Below are positions 36,401-49,404 of a stretch of 62,000 bases of DNA, piece after piece. The notes under the pieces were generated by a model that saw nothing but the letters and a program-made list of their open reading frames with translations, did not search any database and was not told the DNA's origin. The stretch is from contig NW_008806280.1 of the NCBI RefSeq assembly GCF_000400465.1, forward strand, positions 206,001 through 268,000. The letters run 5' to 3'. Every line of letters starts with the position of its first letter. Positions within the stretch are counted from its first letter, which is position 1. A program made the translations under genes and the position numbers. This stretch comes from Wallemia ichthyophaga EXF-994. Its lineage: Eukaryota > Fungi > Basidiomycota.

Positions 36401-38816
36401 CTAGATCGTTGTTACACGTTGACCATGCTATGTTAGCAGTCTTACTTGCTCAAGTTAAGTTAAGAACTTTAGCCGGAGCCTACGATGAGGATGAGTTCGA
36501 TTTTCTTATTGAAGGTGGCGACTCTTTAGCTGGCAAGACTTCGGCCGCAAATGAGTTCGAGAGCGTCTTCAATGATGAGCAGGCTGCGAAAATAGAGTTA
36601 CTTACTACTCGCATACCATCATTAACTGACTTGAAGGCCGATATCAGGAACAATTTGAAAGAATGGGAGAGTTTCCTTGAAGCCAATCAACCCGAACTTA
36701 AGACACCTCTCGTTCATAGTGAAGGTTTGCCAGGTAGGTCAGCAGTCTGCTCAAAGATGATCATTGACAATAATTGACAGCACCAATTCGTGAAGTGAGG
36801 GATCTGCTCATTATAAAGTGTCTCCGTCCAGACAGAATTATACAAGCAACGTCACTCTTTGTCAATAGTGTCTTCCACTCCGACTTAGCTAACTTGGCAT
36901 CGTACAACTTCCAGAATCTGGTCCAAAAAGAGGTTGGACCCCAAACTCCGGTTGCACTATGCTCCGTACCCGGTTATGATGCATCTTATCGAGTGGATAA
37001 CCTTGTCAGCGGTTTGGGTATCAAGTGTACATCAGTAGCGATGGGTTCGCCAGAGGGTTTTAAGCAGGCAGAGCAAGCAATATCTCAATCGTCTAGAGCT
37101 GGTCACTGGGTGTTGCTAAAAAATGTACATTTAGCTCCTGGATGGCTCACTCAAGTCGAGAAAAAACTCCAAACGCTCAACCCTACGCCAAACTTTAGGC
37201 TTTTCTTGACTATGGAGACAAACCCACTGGTACCTATCAATATACTCCGTCAGTCGAGGATTGTTATGAATGAACCCCCTCCCGGTATTAGAGCAAACAT
37301 CTTAGAGACACTGAGAAATATACCATCTCTGAGTATACAGAACGGACCAGTTGAAAAGATGAGACTGTACTTTTTACTAGCATGGTTCCATGCAGTGATT
37401 CAGGAGCGACTAAGATACTGTCCTCTTGGTTGGAGTAAATTGTATGAGTTCAATGACTCAGACCAGGCTAGTGCTCTGAAAATGATAGACACTTGGACCA
37501 ACAGAGTGGCCAAAGGAAGGTCAAACGTAGATCCTAACACCTTCCCGTGGGAGGCGATCAGAACTTTGTTAAAAGAATCTGTCTATGGTGGGAGAATTGA
37601 TAGAGAATTTGATCAGGAGCTACTCAACACGTTTGTTGACAAGATATTCACGCCTGAAGCATATGAGCTTGATTTCCAACTTGCACCAGCGGTAGACGGT
37701 CAACCCGATTTAGTTATACCTGAAGGAACTAAATTGGAACAATTTATAAGGTGGGCTGAAAGATTGCCAGAAAGAGAGCCAATCACCTGGCTCAACTTGC
37801 CAATCACAGCTGAGAAAGTAATTGCTATTGCTCATGGCACTGCTCTATTTGGGAAGTTACGTAAGATGAAGAGTTTGTCCGATGATGATGAAACTGTTAT
37901 TGTTAGTACAAGTGAAGAGAGTACTCAACAGCCCGTCTGGATGCGTAATTTGATGACTAAGTGCCAAGAGTGGTTGGGTTTGTTGCCAAGTGTGAGTACT
38001 TGTCAATTAATTTTGGAAATGCTAACAAGAGCTCAGGAAATCGCACAATTTGATTCTGACGCTTCACGAGCACAAGACCCAATTTTCAGATTCTTTAAGA
38101 GGGAGTCAGATCTCGGTAGAAAGCTTTACAGTGCTGTTAGAGGCGATCTTGAAGACTTGACTGGTGTTTGTAAAGGTGAACTCAAGCAGACTAATCACCT
38201 TCGCACTCTTATGAGTGACCTGACTAAGGGTGAGTTTTATTGATGGTGATTTTGTCATTAGCTAATCACCAAACTAGGCACTGTGCCAAGTAATTGGAAA
38301 GCCTATAAAGTTCCTAGCAGTTGGACTATTACACAATGGCTGCCTGATTTCGCGTTACGTTTACAGCAAATTCAAAGGTTATCCAACGAGCAAAACTCAC
38401 TTTCACAATCAACGATTTGGTTCGGTGGTCTTTTCTTCCCAGGCTCATTCCTTACCGCGACACGTCAAGACAGTGCGCACAGAACGCGAGTCTCTTTAGA
38501 AGAGCTGCATTTAGAGCTGTATATCAATGACACAAACAAGGGCGGATTTGCAGTTGAAGGACTATACCTTGAGGGTGCTGTTTACGTGGATGATAAACTT
38601 TGCGCGACTAATATTGATCCTGTGAGATTGCGTACGTGCAAGCTGAAGTGGACAGCAATACAGAATCAAGTGCTACAAAATCCCGTTACCATACCTGTAT
38701 ACCTCAACCACAAAGACAGAGAGGTGGTGTTGTTCAGTGTAAAACTGAGCGCTGAAGATACTTTGTCTCAAGCAAAAGCTACTCAACGGTCGATATGTTT
38801 GACAGCAAGTGTGTAG
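30483..38816 (+). CDS. dhc2: Cytoplasmic dynein heavy chain, C-terminal part only (Dhc2-type: end of AAA1 through AAA6, stalk/MTBD, C-sequence)
   Basis: Begins [48 protein letters not shown], then [13 protein letters not shown]2 [11 protein letters not shown]3 GPPGSGKT, AAA4 GVSGSGKT, stalk coiled coils and [11 protein letters not shown]. No tail, linker or AAA1 Walker A/B. Confidence 0.93.
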
Positions 38817-41481
38817 AGTGTTGGGCTCAGTTGTTTGCTAGGTATGAAAGCGATAGAAGAGGAAGTCATGCAACCGAATGTTTTTATTTAAACTAGTTTG
38901 ATTCAATTCTGATACATCATATTTATACGCACTAGAAATAATTATGCTCGTGTTTTAACAGAAACGTATCTTGCAGATTTCAACAGCAAAGCGCGATAGT
39001 ATCTGAACGCACCCAAGATCAAACTTAAAAAACATGATCATATTTTGGTAACGCCTTTCTCATCTAAAAAATACTCAATAACCTACAAAGCAACCAGATG
39101 AGTGAAGACTCGAACTTGCTTTAAGCGTCTCGTGCTTATTAAATTGTAGCGCTATTAATCATCAATCTGGATTCCCCCTGGCTTGCATCAATGATGTCAC
39201 CGGTGTCGTATATCAGTGCGGTTTCGTGGAGATTCGGGCCATGCTAATACTGAATAAGAGCCCAACCTTTCAAATAGTCACTTTGCTTGAATAGACATTT
39301 CTTCCCATGCGCGTTTGTTGAATGGGCTGTAATTTTAAGGTGAGTAAGAAAAAAGACTTGAGCGGCTTCAAGACGGTTAAAGACGGTTTGAAGCGTAATA
39401 GTGTAACTGATTTCATCTGAATAAACACATTTAAAGTCCATATGCTTCATAACTTCTCATTAATCTCACTTTACAGTATTACAATTGATCGTCGCAGAGC
39501 AGCAATAGCTCAAATACGGTCAATTACTCGCAAACTCAAAACGGGACAACTACTAAGTCATATATATGCATAAATTACTCGAGAAAGCTAGTTGTTCCCC
39601 TAAATATCAGAACATCGCAAAGTAAAGCATGTCATCTCCGAATCGAGAATGGCCTGCTCAATGACGTGTTGGTGATAGCACTGTGAGTAATGGAAGCTTG
39701 ATAAAGTTTGTTAGAATTCTGGAGCTATCAATTTTGCGATCAATTCGAGATTGAGTTTATCGTACATATCATACCGATGTCTTTTATACTAATCCAGCTA
39801 GATATGGCATGTTTCAGGGAGGATAACCTGGTCTAAAAATTATGAATTATACTCTTATGCCTTCTGCAATTCCAACGCAGCCTTAATCGCCTTCACATTT
39901 CCATGATTTAAAATCTTGAAATCCACCTGGTGAAGCTAAAAGTCGTGATTTCAGAGTTGGGCTGACCCTCCCTTTTTTCTTTTAATAAATTCCGTATAAT
40001 TGGCTTGCAATGATCCGAGATGATATTGAAATTACTTTTCCCCCGAAGCCAGCATTAAGCTCGGTGGAAGCTAATCTTTGTAAAAGTAAATCGCGCTCAT
40101 AGAGCCGAATAATTCAAATTTTTGGATGCTTGAGGTCTCAAAACGCCAGTTTAACTTGTATTTATCGATGAAGCACGTATAATCTTCCATGTATATCCTA
40201 CAGCGTGCTCCAGAGCGATGTCGGATTACAACTTCCGAACAGCCTAAAGGGCACAATTGAAGGCTCAGGGATATAATTCTGCAAATTCTTGTTAAGCTCA
40301 ACCAGCGCTATTCATGAAGCTTTTTTATTCGGAGATCATCAAAACTCGTAAATCAGCCATCTGAGATAAGATAGGGGTCGAGAAATGCAACTCGGTGGAT
40401 GTTGAGCGTAGGGCTGATACGGGAATAAATCTAGCATGCTGAATATAATAGAACAAAATCTTGGTATCGCTAAGTTGCTCAAATTGTCAGTGTACGGTTT
40501 CTCTGTGTTCTTTTTCCCATTTACTTGGTCATTTGCATGGTGCCTCGAGCATACTTAATTTGCGAGAGTTCCTAGTAATGTTTATAGTTTCCAAACATAT
40601 CATATTGCACCTTCAAATTCTTCTGCCGTCCCAAAAACTCCTCCAGACTTTGTCATTGATTGTCGCAGATTGTATTGATGTGGGTCGCGGCAGAGTATAT
40701 ATCTATCAAAATATGTGCAAGTATTTAAATGTTTATAATATCAAACGATAAGTTTTCAATGCTATTAATTCTGTGATTGAGTGGAGAGCACAAACAAGAA
40801 GACCTGTTATAGGCAAAGTGAATCATTACCTAAAGCGGCGAAACAGGTAAGATATGATTCCAATCAAGACTTGTGAATCTCGACCGGGCTCTTTTCCAGG
40901 TTTTACATTTGGATATAATCGAAAGTCATGAATGCACGACCTGAGATGACATCTGTGGCTTGAGGGAGAAATCAAGTCATTAGAACTTAAGGAGATGGGA
41001 GTATATTTGGAATACTGAAAATACTAAGAGACCGTTGGTTTTAAGAATGCGACTTAAACGTGCTCACTTCTCACTTGTAGTTCATTTGTGGGGTGATCTG
41101 AGCATTTATAAATTACTGGAGCGACAGCTATAACCTATTGTATTAATGTCATTACACCTCCAAGCCCTTCTGCCAACTCATAAGTAAACCTGAATCGCAG
41201 GTTGGGCTTTGAAGGTCGTAACCGGAGAAACACCTGCCAGAATATATTTGAGAATTCAGTGTATCAGAATTGTATGTCAAGCTGCTCTACGTATTCATCT
41301 TGCTGGTAATTTGTGGCAGAGCAGAACGAAGAAGACAGCTCAAGGCAGGAACCGATGAAAAAGACAGCAAATTAGGGTAAAATTAATAGCGTCTGCTTGC
41401 AGAATCGCTTTCTGTTTGTCTTAATTTTCCAAGTGCGAGTCTGATAATCTCAATCCACCCATTCCACCCATTCCACCATCA

Positions 41482-43890
41482 ATGGACGTTTTCAAAAGGT
41501 TTCAACAGCGGATCCACGAGAATATTGCTGAGTCTACGAGGTGATTATATAGCAAGTCAAAGCGCATCAAAGCTCATTACCAACAGAGATTTCGATTTCG
41601 GCTCAACCGTTCGCATAGCAGATGCACCCAACGATAAGCTCTCAGACATAATCCCAAAGCTTTCATCAAAAGAAGAGCACGAAATCAAGCATGCTTTGAA
41701 GCGTGTCTTGGTCCTTTTATCTCACAATAGGGATTTGTCTTCCTTGTTTCCGTCAATTGTCAAGCTGGTATCTTCAAGGGATCTGCACATAAAGATATTG
41801 GCGTACGTTTATCTGACGAGATATGCCCGACTATGTCCAGATCTTGCGATGCTCAGTGTTAATTCATTCCAAAAAGACTCAAGTCATCAGTCACCCCTAG
41901 TGAGAGCTCAGTCGATAAGAGTTTTATCGAGTATAAGCTCCGAGGAAGTTGCGCCTATTTGCATGCTATGTGTCAAGCGTGCTGCAACTGATTCCAATCC
42001 TTACGTCCGCAAAGCAGCTGCGCTGGCAATAGCCAAGTGTTACGAGTAAGGATCTTCACAAGATGTATCTTTGAAATACTCATAAATCACAGACTGGATG
42101 ACTCTTCATACGATGAGCAGAAAGAATTGTCTTTGAAGCTGATGAGATGTGCATCGTCGATCCCGATCGGTGCCGCTGCTTACGCTTTTATCAAAATACA
42201 CCCCGATATTGATGATCTCAACGATAACTTATCGGCATTACATTCATTGTTTAGGCACTTGGTCAGACAGCTAGTGGACTGCGAAGAATGGTCTCAATTA
42301 ATCGTTTTGGATTTGCTGGCCAGATACAGCAGAGTGTTTTTGCCTCGACCATTAGAGGAGGATTCTGTAGACAAAGATATGAAGGATCTACTCATGGGAT
42401 GTGAGTATCTCTTAAGCAGTCCTAATCCAGCCGTGAGTGACATTAACGCTATCTTCCCTTACTGACATGATCCAGGTCGCAGCCACTGCTTCCAAAACAC
42501 TTCTTACGCTTGGATCTACCACCTACCGAAGCAAGGCTCTCAAGTGCTTGATGCGCTTGAGGAAGGAATCGCCTGAAATGTCGGCATACGTCATGTTAAC
42601 TTTACAGCTGATATCAGAGAAACAACCGGTGCGTATTGAGAGATATCTGAACATACCTAACAAACTTCAGGAATCGGTCACTCCGTTTTTTCAATCTCTT
42701 TTCATCGTTAAAAGTGACACAGATTATACCAAGATAATCAAACTAAACATACTACAAAATTTAATGAAAGTCTTGGATGACTCTCAGCTCACAATGCTAG
42801 CGAAGGAGCTCTCAGTAAGTTAAATCCTGTTTTTTTTTCACCTAACCCCTGTTAGAATCATACCCTTGATCCTGATACAAAATTTGCAGCTGAGGTGATT
42901 GAGACGATCGGCAGCTTGTCATGTGCATCAAAAAGAGCGTCAGAAGTTGCCTTCAAGACGCTCACAGATTGTTCAACTGCAACAAACAAGTTACTAAGTC
43001 ATCAATCCATCATACAATTGAGTAATTTTGTCCCTGATCTCTTGCAAGGATCATGGAATCTACGTAGACTATTAAAGCGGATGTTCAATGGAAGAGTAGT
43101 AGACGATGATGCCCGTGCGACTTTAGTTTGGGTTGTCAGTGAAGTAGTACAGAAGCCGCCCCAAAATGAACTGAACGAGCTGGATGGTATGTCAGTCTGG
43201 AAGTATGGTCCTGATGTACTGCGTAGCTGCGTAAAGGGATTCTCCGAAGAAGGCAGCAAGACACAGACCCAAATTCTCAATCTAGCGGCCAAAATGATGG
43301 CGATCTTACCTGATATAAGAAGTGTACAGGCAATGGCCCGCAAAGTTTTCATAGATTCGGCTGATTTTGACCATGTAAAGTCCATGGACATCGAATCACT
43401 TGATGGACTTAATAGGAGACATTCGATTATGAATACGGTGGCGGGATTGTATGGAGAAGTGCCTGAGCAAGGCGATCAAGCACCTAGAGTACTTTTACGT
43501 CGCAACCAAGCTAATGCTATACTCACAAATATGGCCACAAACTCGAGTGTGATGCACAAAATGACAAGTTCCATCAAAAACAACAACATGGTGCGGATTC
43601 AGACAGATACTTACTTGAATAGCCTACCAGAATGGTCAACTGAAGGTTTGCCTGGTCCTGAAGTGAGAGAAGTAAAGCAGAGTGAGGCTAATCAAGCCGA
43701 TGAGGCTTTAACGATGCCGGTAATGAGTAATGAGATTGCAGCGTACAATGCAGAGGTAGAAACCATACTCGCACAAAATGCGGATTACGAAGATGATGAA
43801 CCTGTAGATACCACAGATAAAGCGGCAGATGACGACCTAGAGAGGTTTTTGGAGAGTGATGGAAATCTCACGAGCGATGTAGATGATTAA
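41482..43890 (+). CDS. APL6: AP-3 adaptor complex beta subunit
   Basis: Adaptin N-terminal: LFPSIVKLVSS, IKILAYVYLTRYA, LAMLSVNSFQKD, SPLVRAQSIRVLSSI, DSNPYVRKAAALAIAKCY, DCEEWSQ; acidic C-terminal tail. Confidence 0.85.
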
Positions 43891-43937
43891 TTGGTAAACT
43901 TGTATACAATAAATAGTTTAAAACGAGTAAAGATGAG

Positions 43938-44589
43938 TTAGAGTCTTTTTAATCCTTTCTTCTTTGCGTTTGCCTCCTTGGACTTCAAAGGTTGCTTTGC
44001 AGGTTGGTTTTCTTGTTTGGTTGAAGGCTCGATCGGAGCATTTGAGAGGGGCTGATTCTCGATTTGGGAAGGAGAAGAGTCGAACTCGATAGGGCGGCTT
44101 CTTGCGTGAATAGAAGTCATCATTTTCGCGTGATTGAAGTAGTCTTGATAACTCTCCTGAAGTAACTTTCCCGCTTCTTCATCGAGAGCAGAATCAGGGC
44201 CTGGGTAGATCAAGAGACACTTGATTGTAACAAGGATGTGCTCTATACCGAATTCAGGTCTCCAGTCCTTCTTGAGGGTGGAAACGCAGATCTCACCGGT
44301 CTTGCTGATATTTGGGTGGAATATCTTGGTTAGCATCCTGCCTAGATAACTGTAAGCGTGGGTTTACATAATCAATTATCCGCGTACAATTTGGTGGACT
44401 GTTTGGGAAGTCAGCACCAAAGTTGAACTTGACTTTGAAGAAGCCGTCCTCGTATGGGGTGCCTTCCGGTCCTTGGACGTAGCCGACAACATCAAACACG
44501 TCCGAATCGCTGAAGGATATCCTGATATTGTCTGGTGGGTTTTGTTTGAGCTGTATACATTCCTTTGCGATCCGACGTGCGATGGACAT
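43938..44589 (-). CDS. UBE2S: Ubiquitin-conjugating enzyme E2 S
   Basis: [35 protein letters not shown] (catalytic Cys), [15 protein letters not shown], and the C-terminal KKKGLKRL characteristic of UBE2S. Confidence 0.92.
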
Positions 44590-44629
44590 ATTGTTATGAA
44601 TTAAAGATACAAACCGCGTTAGGAAATGC

Positions 44630-45292
44630 TCAAAAATAATAATTAAAATCTCCCATGTATATTGTAATGGCTTTGAATTTACCAGACATCCAGTTTTCCT
44701 CTACTTCGACTGCGTCGTCCAGCTGGCTGATGTCTTGTAGCGTTGTGTTTCTCGGCAGAAACATACAGACATTCGGTGTGATTGCCTTGGCTCTGCGAAC
44801 GAGCTCCGCGCCGGTCACAGGCATTAGGCTATCCAGCGTGAAGGTATCCATGTAGTTTATCCCACCCCAGGGCGGCGAGTAGAAGATAACGTCAATATTG
44901 TAATCAAACTTGTACTCGTTAACCCAACTAATATAATCTTGCTGTATAAACTCTATCCTGTCTTCAACGCCGTAGATTCTCGCGTTATGCCTCGCCAATT
45001 CAATTTTAACCGGATCAATGTCTATAGCTATCACCCGCTCGCAGGTGAAGGCAAAGGAGATGGCATTACCGCCAACTCCGCAGAAAGCGTCAACGATCGT
45101 TCCGCATCGGCATCGTTCAGCCGTTTGCATCGCGATTAGCTCTGGTGTGACCGAGTACCACGACTCTTCATCGAGAATGATGCCCTGGTCATATTGGCTA
45201 AATAGCCTGTTCCTTTGGTAATAATATTTAAGCAGATGCTCGGGCACCTGCGACTTGTCCGTGTAAATAAGCTCTTTGTACTTGTCTTCCAT
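44630..45292 (-). CDS. TGS1: Trimethylguanosine synthase
   Basis: KYYYQRNRLFS, ESWYSVTPE, IVDAFCGVGGNAI, SPPWGG, FLPRNT. Confidence 0.95.
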   Translation of the reverse strand: MEDKYKELIYTDKSQVPEHLLKYYYQRNRLFSQYDQGIILDEESWYSVTPELIAMQTAERCRCGTIVDAFCGVGGNAISFAFTCERVIAIDIDPVKIELARHNARIYGVEDRIEFIQQDYISWVNEYKFDYNIDVIFYSPPWGGINYMDTFTLDSLMPVTGAELVRRAKAITPNVCMFLPRNTTLQDISQLDDAVEVEENWMSGKFKAITIYMGDFNYYF

Positions 45293-45298
45293 CGGGCG

Positions 45299-48200
45299 AT
45301 GAAGAGATCAAGAGATAGCGCGTTCAAATCACCGGCGATAAATATAAATTCAAATAAATTTGCAGATAACAGCCACCCGCTCCAGTTCTGGTCTGTCCAA
45401 TGGCGTAATCCTCAGTTCAAGAAACACAAGACGTGGGATGGTGATGGCACGCTGATTGTCAATAGCGGACAAATGATTCTCAAAGATACCAACAGCAGCG
45501 TCATTGGTAGATCTTTCGATAAGAAGAACAGCGTGTTTGAGCCAGGTGCCCACTTTGTTATCGCCGGCAAAGACGTCGAGCTCGATCAACTGCTTAAACA
45601 AGACGCGGCAAAAGAAAACTCACCAAGCAAGCCCAAAGGTATACCAGCTGCTTCTTTTTATACTTCCGCTCCTTCTGCCGCGAAGCCATACAAACCGCCA
45701 TCATTCAGTAAGCCTATGATACCGAGTAAACCTCTGGCAGCAACCAATATTGAGAGCTCCTCGACTTCTGAACCATCTTCACTCGAGCAAAGTGCTTTTC
45801 AGAAACACCCTCCACTCGTTTCTCAAAGCATTTCTCACTCTAATACGCATACCGCACATCCGCCAGCCCCCAAATACGATCCAAACGCCCCAGACGCATT
45901 CGTGATGCCTCAGCTTCCACAAAATATCTTAAATGAACTTAACTACAAGCAGCACCCAGTAGTTGATGTCGTTCTCGATCCACACATCTCATCGAAACTG
46001 CGTCCTCATCAACAGGAAGGTGTTAAGTTTATGTATGAAGCTGTTATGGGTATGCGAGGACATAAGGGCAAAGGTTGCATACTCGCTGATGAGATGGGTC
46101 TCGGTAAGACGCTTCAAGTAATCGCCTTGGTATGGACTCTGTTGAAGCAGAACCCAATCACAAACTCGGGACCCGTCATTGGTAAAGCTATGATAGTCTG
46201 TCCGGTGTCGCTTGTTAATAATTGGCGCAAGGAATTCAGCAAATGGATTGGTCAGTCAAAAATTGGTATCTTCCTTGGCGATAAGGATGTGTCCGAGATC
46301 AAAAAGTTTCAACAGTCGCGTATTCACCAGGTTCTGATTATAGGTTATGAGAAGCTAAGAACAGCAGTCGATGTGCTGAAGTTCTGTCAACCTCAGATAG
46401 GTCTTATCGTATGTGATGAAGGTAAGTGGAATGCAATCAAGAGAAGCATCCTAATAGTACTCTAAGGACATCGTCTAAAGGCGTCAAACAAGACATCACA
46501 AGTGTTTGAAGCGTTCCCTACGCGGCGACGCGTCATTCTGTCTGGTACTCCGATTCAGAATGATTTAGGAGAGTACTACTGTATGGTCAGTAAAAGTTCA
46601 ATACGTACCTGAGCAGACTGACATTCCAAGACTGATTTCTGTAACCCTGGCTTACTCGATAGCTACGCTTCATTTAAGAAGAAGTACGAAACGCCTATTA
46701 TGAGAAGTAGGGCTCCAAATTGTAACAGAAGTGATCTTGAGTTGGGAAGACAACGATCCGAAGCACTCTCAGCCCTCACGAACCAGTTTGTGTTGAGAAG
46801 AACAGCTGAAATACTTGACAACGTTCTACCAACCAAGTCAGAGGTGGGTAGACGTTACAAAGACGATTCAGGCTGACATAATGCTAGTTCGTTGTATGCA
46901 TTGCTCCGACAAAACTTCAATTAGCAATATATAAGCAGTTAGTGCAAGCATCAATCATTCAGAGCGTGTTGGAAAGACTGGGTGGTCAACACTTGAATTT
47001 AATAGGTGTATTGAGGAACTTGTGCAACTCTCCTGGAATTATATACAAGATGATTGAGAATAAACAATCTGAAAGCTACAAAGATTTCAAACTAGATAAT
47101 GTCAAAAACATGTTTCCAAGTAGCGTAAACGCGAATGATATCAATCTTAGTGGGAAGTTGAAAGCATTAGGGAGGTTATTGAAGACACTTAAGACTGAAA
47201 CAGAAGAGAAGATTATTGTTGTTTCAAGTTTTACAGCTACATTAGATGTTATAGAGGTGAGAGTCCCTTTTTTTGGGGGGCTTTATTGACTAAATGTTAT
47301 AGTCTCACTGTCGTCTATGTAAATACAAATTTTGCAGACTCGATGGCTCTACGCCGCAAGCCAAGCGTCAAGAAATAGTAGATGGTTTTAACCGTTCTCC
47401 ACAAGCAGGAAAATTTGTGTTCCTTTTATCAACGAAATCAGGCGGGGTGGGACTCAATCTCATTGGCGCATCACGACTCGTTCTATTTGAGAGTGATTGG
47501 AACCCATCTAACGATTTGCAAGCCATGGCTAGGATTCACAGAGATGGTCAGACGAAACCTGTGTTTATATACCGCTTTCTGACAACGGGAACGATTGATG
47601 AGAAGATATTCCAGAGGCAGTTGACCAAAATCGGACTGTCTAACTCTTTGATGGGGAATACTGTTGAGAAAAAGAACGATACGGATTCTTTCACGGTAGA
47701 AGAACTTCGAGCGTTGTTCAGGATCGATGATGACACAGCTTGCGGGACACACGATTTGCTCGACTGCACTTGTAATCATGGTAGGGTACTTACAGAAGCT
47801 GAGAAAGGTGCTGAGGATGCACAACAAGACGATGAAGAAGAGCCGCAAGGGTTTATCAGCGCCAGTCAACACCAACCCGGAACATCATTAAAGTCAAAGA
47901 GAGACAAACAGGCCAAGATTGCGGCATTGGATGGATGGGATCACGTGGATTGTCTACAGGAGAATCATATGGGGAATTTGGCTGATGATGTGTTGAGAAA
48001 GCTTACAATACACGCTGAGTCACCATTAGTTGCCCAACACAAAGATGATTTCGTTGAAGATACCACAGCTAAGACATCAGACCATCAATTCGAATCATTG
48101 AATGACTATTGCCCGGCCAGTGACGAAGAAGAAGAGCCTGAAGAGGAAAGAAAGGAAGGGGATGTGGAAATCATCGAGCCAGAGCGTAAAGTACAGAAAA

Positions 48201-48307
48201 TAGAGCAACAGGAAGATCCATTCGACATGAACGGATTTCTGCAGGATCAAAATAATGAAGGCAGATTAACATTTGTATTCAAGAAAGTGTCTGGAAGTGT
48301 TGTATAA
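45299..48307 (+). CDS. RDH54: Rad54-family SNF2 DNA translocase (Rdh54/Rad54B-like)
   Basis: N-terminal [87 protein letters not shown]. An alternative in-frame ATG lies at 45236. Confidence 0.9.
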
Positions 48308-48337
48308 TAGTACAAATTGCATTACAATAATAATTGC

Positions 48338-49339
48338 TTAGGTGGCATCTACAATTATTAGTGGGAGGAAGGGTTAGAAAAACGACTTACATCGGTTCCA
48401 AGTGCCCTGGGTCATCCACTCAGAGTCTGTCCGTCTGCCTGACTTTGGAATATCCTTAGGACCAACTTAGAAAATGTCAGTGAAAATGTATGGTGCGACA
48501 GTCGAATCTCACAGATAGACTTGACGGCGTCGCTTTGGTTTGCATTCTTAGACGTGTTGGACAGCGCATCCGATACTGCCTTTCTAGCGCCTTTTACAAC
48601 ATCAGAGACAGGTGGATCATCGATATTGTCAGCCTTCTTGGCCTTAGGTGTATGTTCAGGCTGATCGGCGGCAGCCTTGCGCTTCTTGCTCTTCTTGCTG
48701 TCAGCCTGCTTCAACCTTGTGGCGTAGAGTTGCTCTTTCATGGCTTCTTCTTCTTCGGGGGGAGGATTAAGCGTGATAAGCTCATCGACATGGTACTCAA
48801 TGCCAGATTCAGGGCACTGACCCGTCTTTGAGCCCTTGTTCATCGACTTCAAACCGCTATCAGAGGCAACAATGCCAGTTTTGGGGAGGTAGACGAATCT
48901 TTGCTTTCCATTCATTTCCTTGAGCGTGATTGGACAAATGAAAGGGGCGTTACTTAGCATAGAATCGCTGTCACGACTGAGGACTTGGTTGAATGAAGGA
49001 TTTGAAGTAAGTTTGAGTTGTTGGACATCTTTTAGAGAGCGTATATGACCACAGATCTTCTGTCCATCGCCGTAGACTGATTTATCGAGGAGAAACTCGA
49101 CAATGGCTTCCTTATTGTAAAGCTTGCCAAGTTGACAGGAAACGACTGGCTGTTTAAGGAGTTTCTTAGACAGAGCACAATAAAACCAGGCTGCTATCCT
49201 AGATATCTCATCGTTCTTCACTTCCGGTTTCTTCTTAGTCTTGACCAATTCTGATCGATAGACAAATGAGCCTCCATCGGCACCCTATCGAGGGCAATTA
49301 AAATTGAGTACAATCAATACTAAAATCCTAGCGTACCAT
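48338..49339 (-). CDS. RTF2: Replication termination factor 2 (Rtf2 RING-like)
   Basis: Spliced M|GADGGSFVYRSELVK, WFYCALSKKLL, LGKLYNKEAIVEFLL, HIRSLKDV, FICPITLKEMNG, C-terminal WMTQGTWNR. Confidence 0.9.
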
Positions 49340-49404
49340 TTTTATATTTCTTTATTTGTTGATGGTGGCTACTGTGAAAGGAAACCCCTTTATCACGGCC
49401 AGCC

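Noticed and set aside
39598-41378. CCCTAA/TTAGGG hexamers as a telomerase RNA template or telomeric relic
   Set aside because: They are single isolated hexamers, without the 1.5-repeat template (CTAACCCTAA) or any tandem array.
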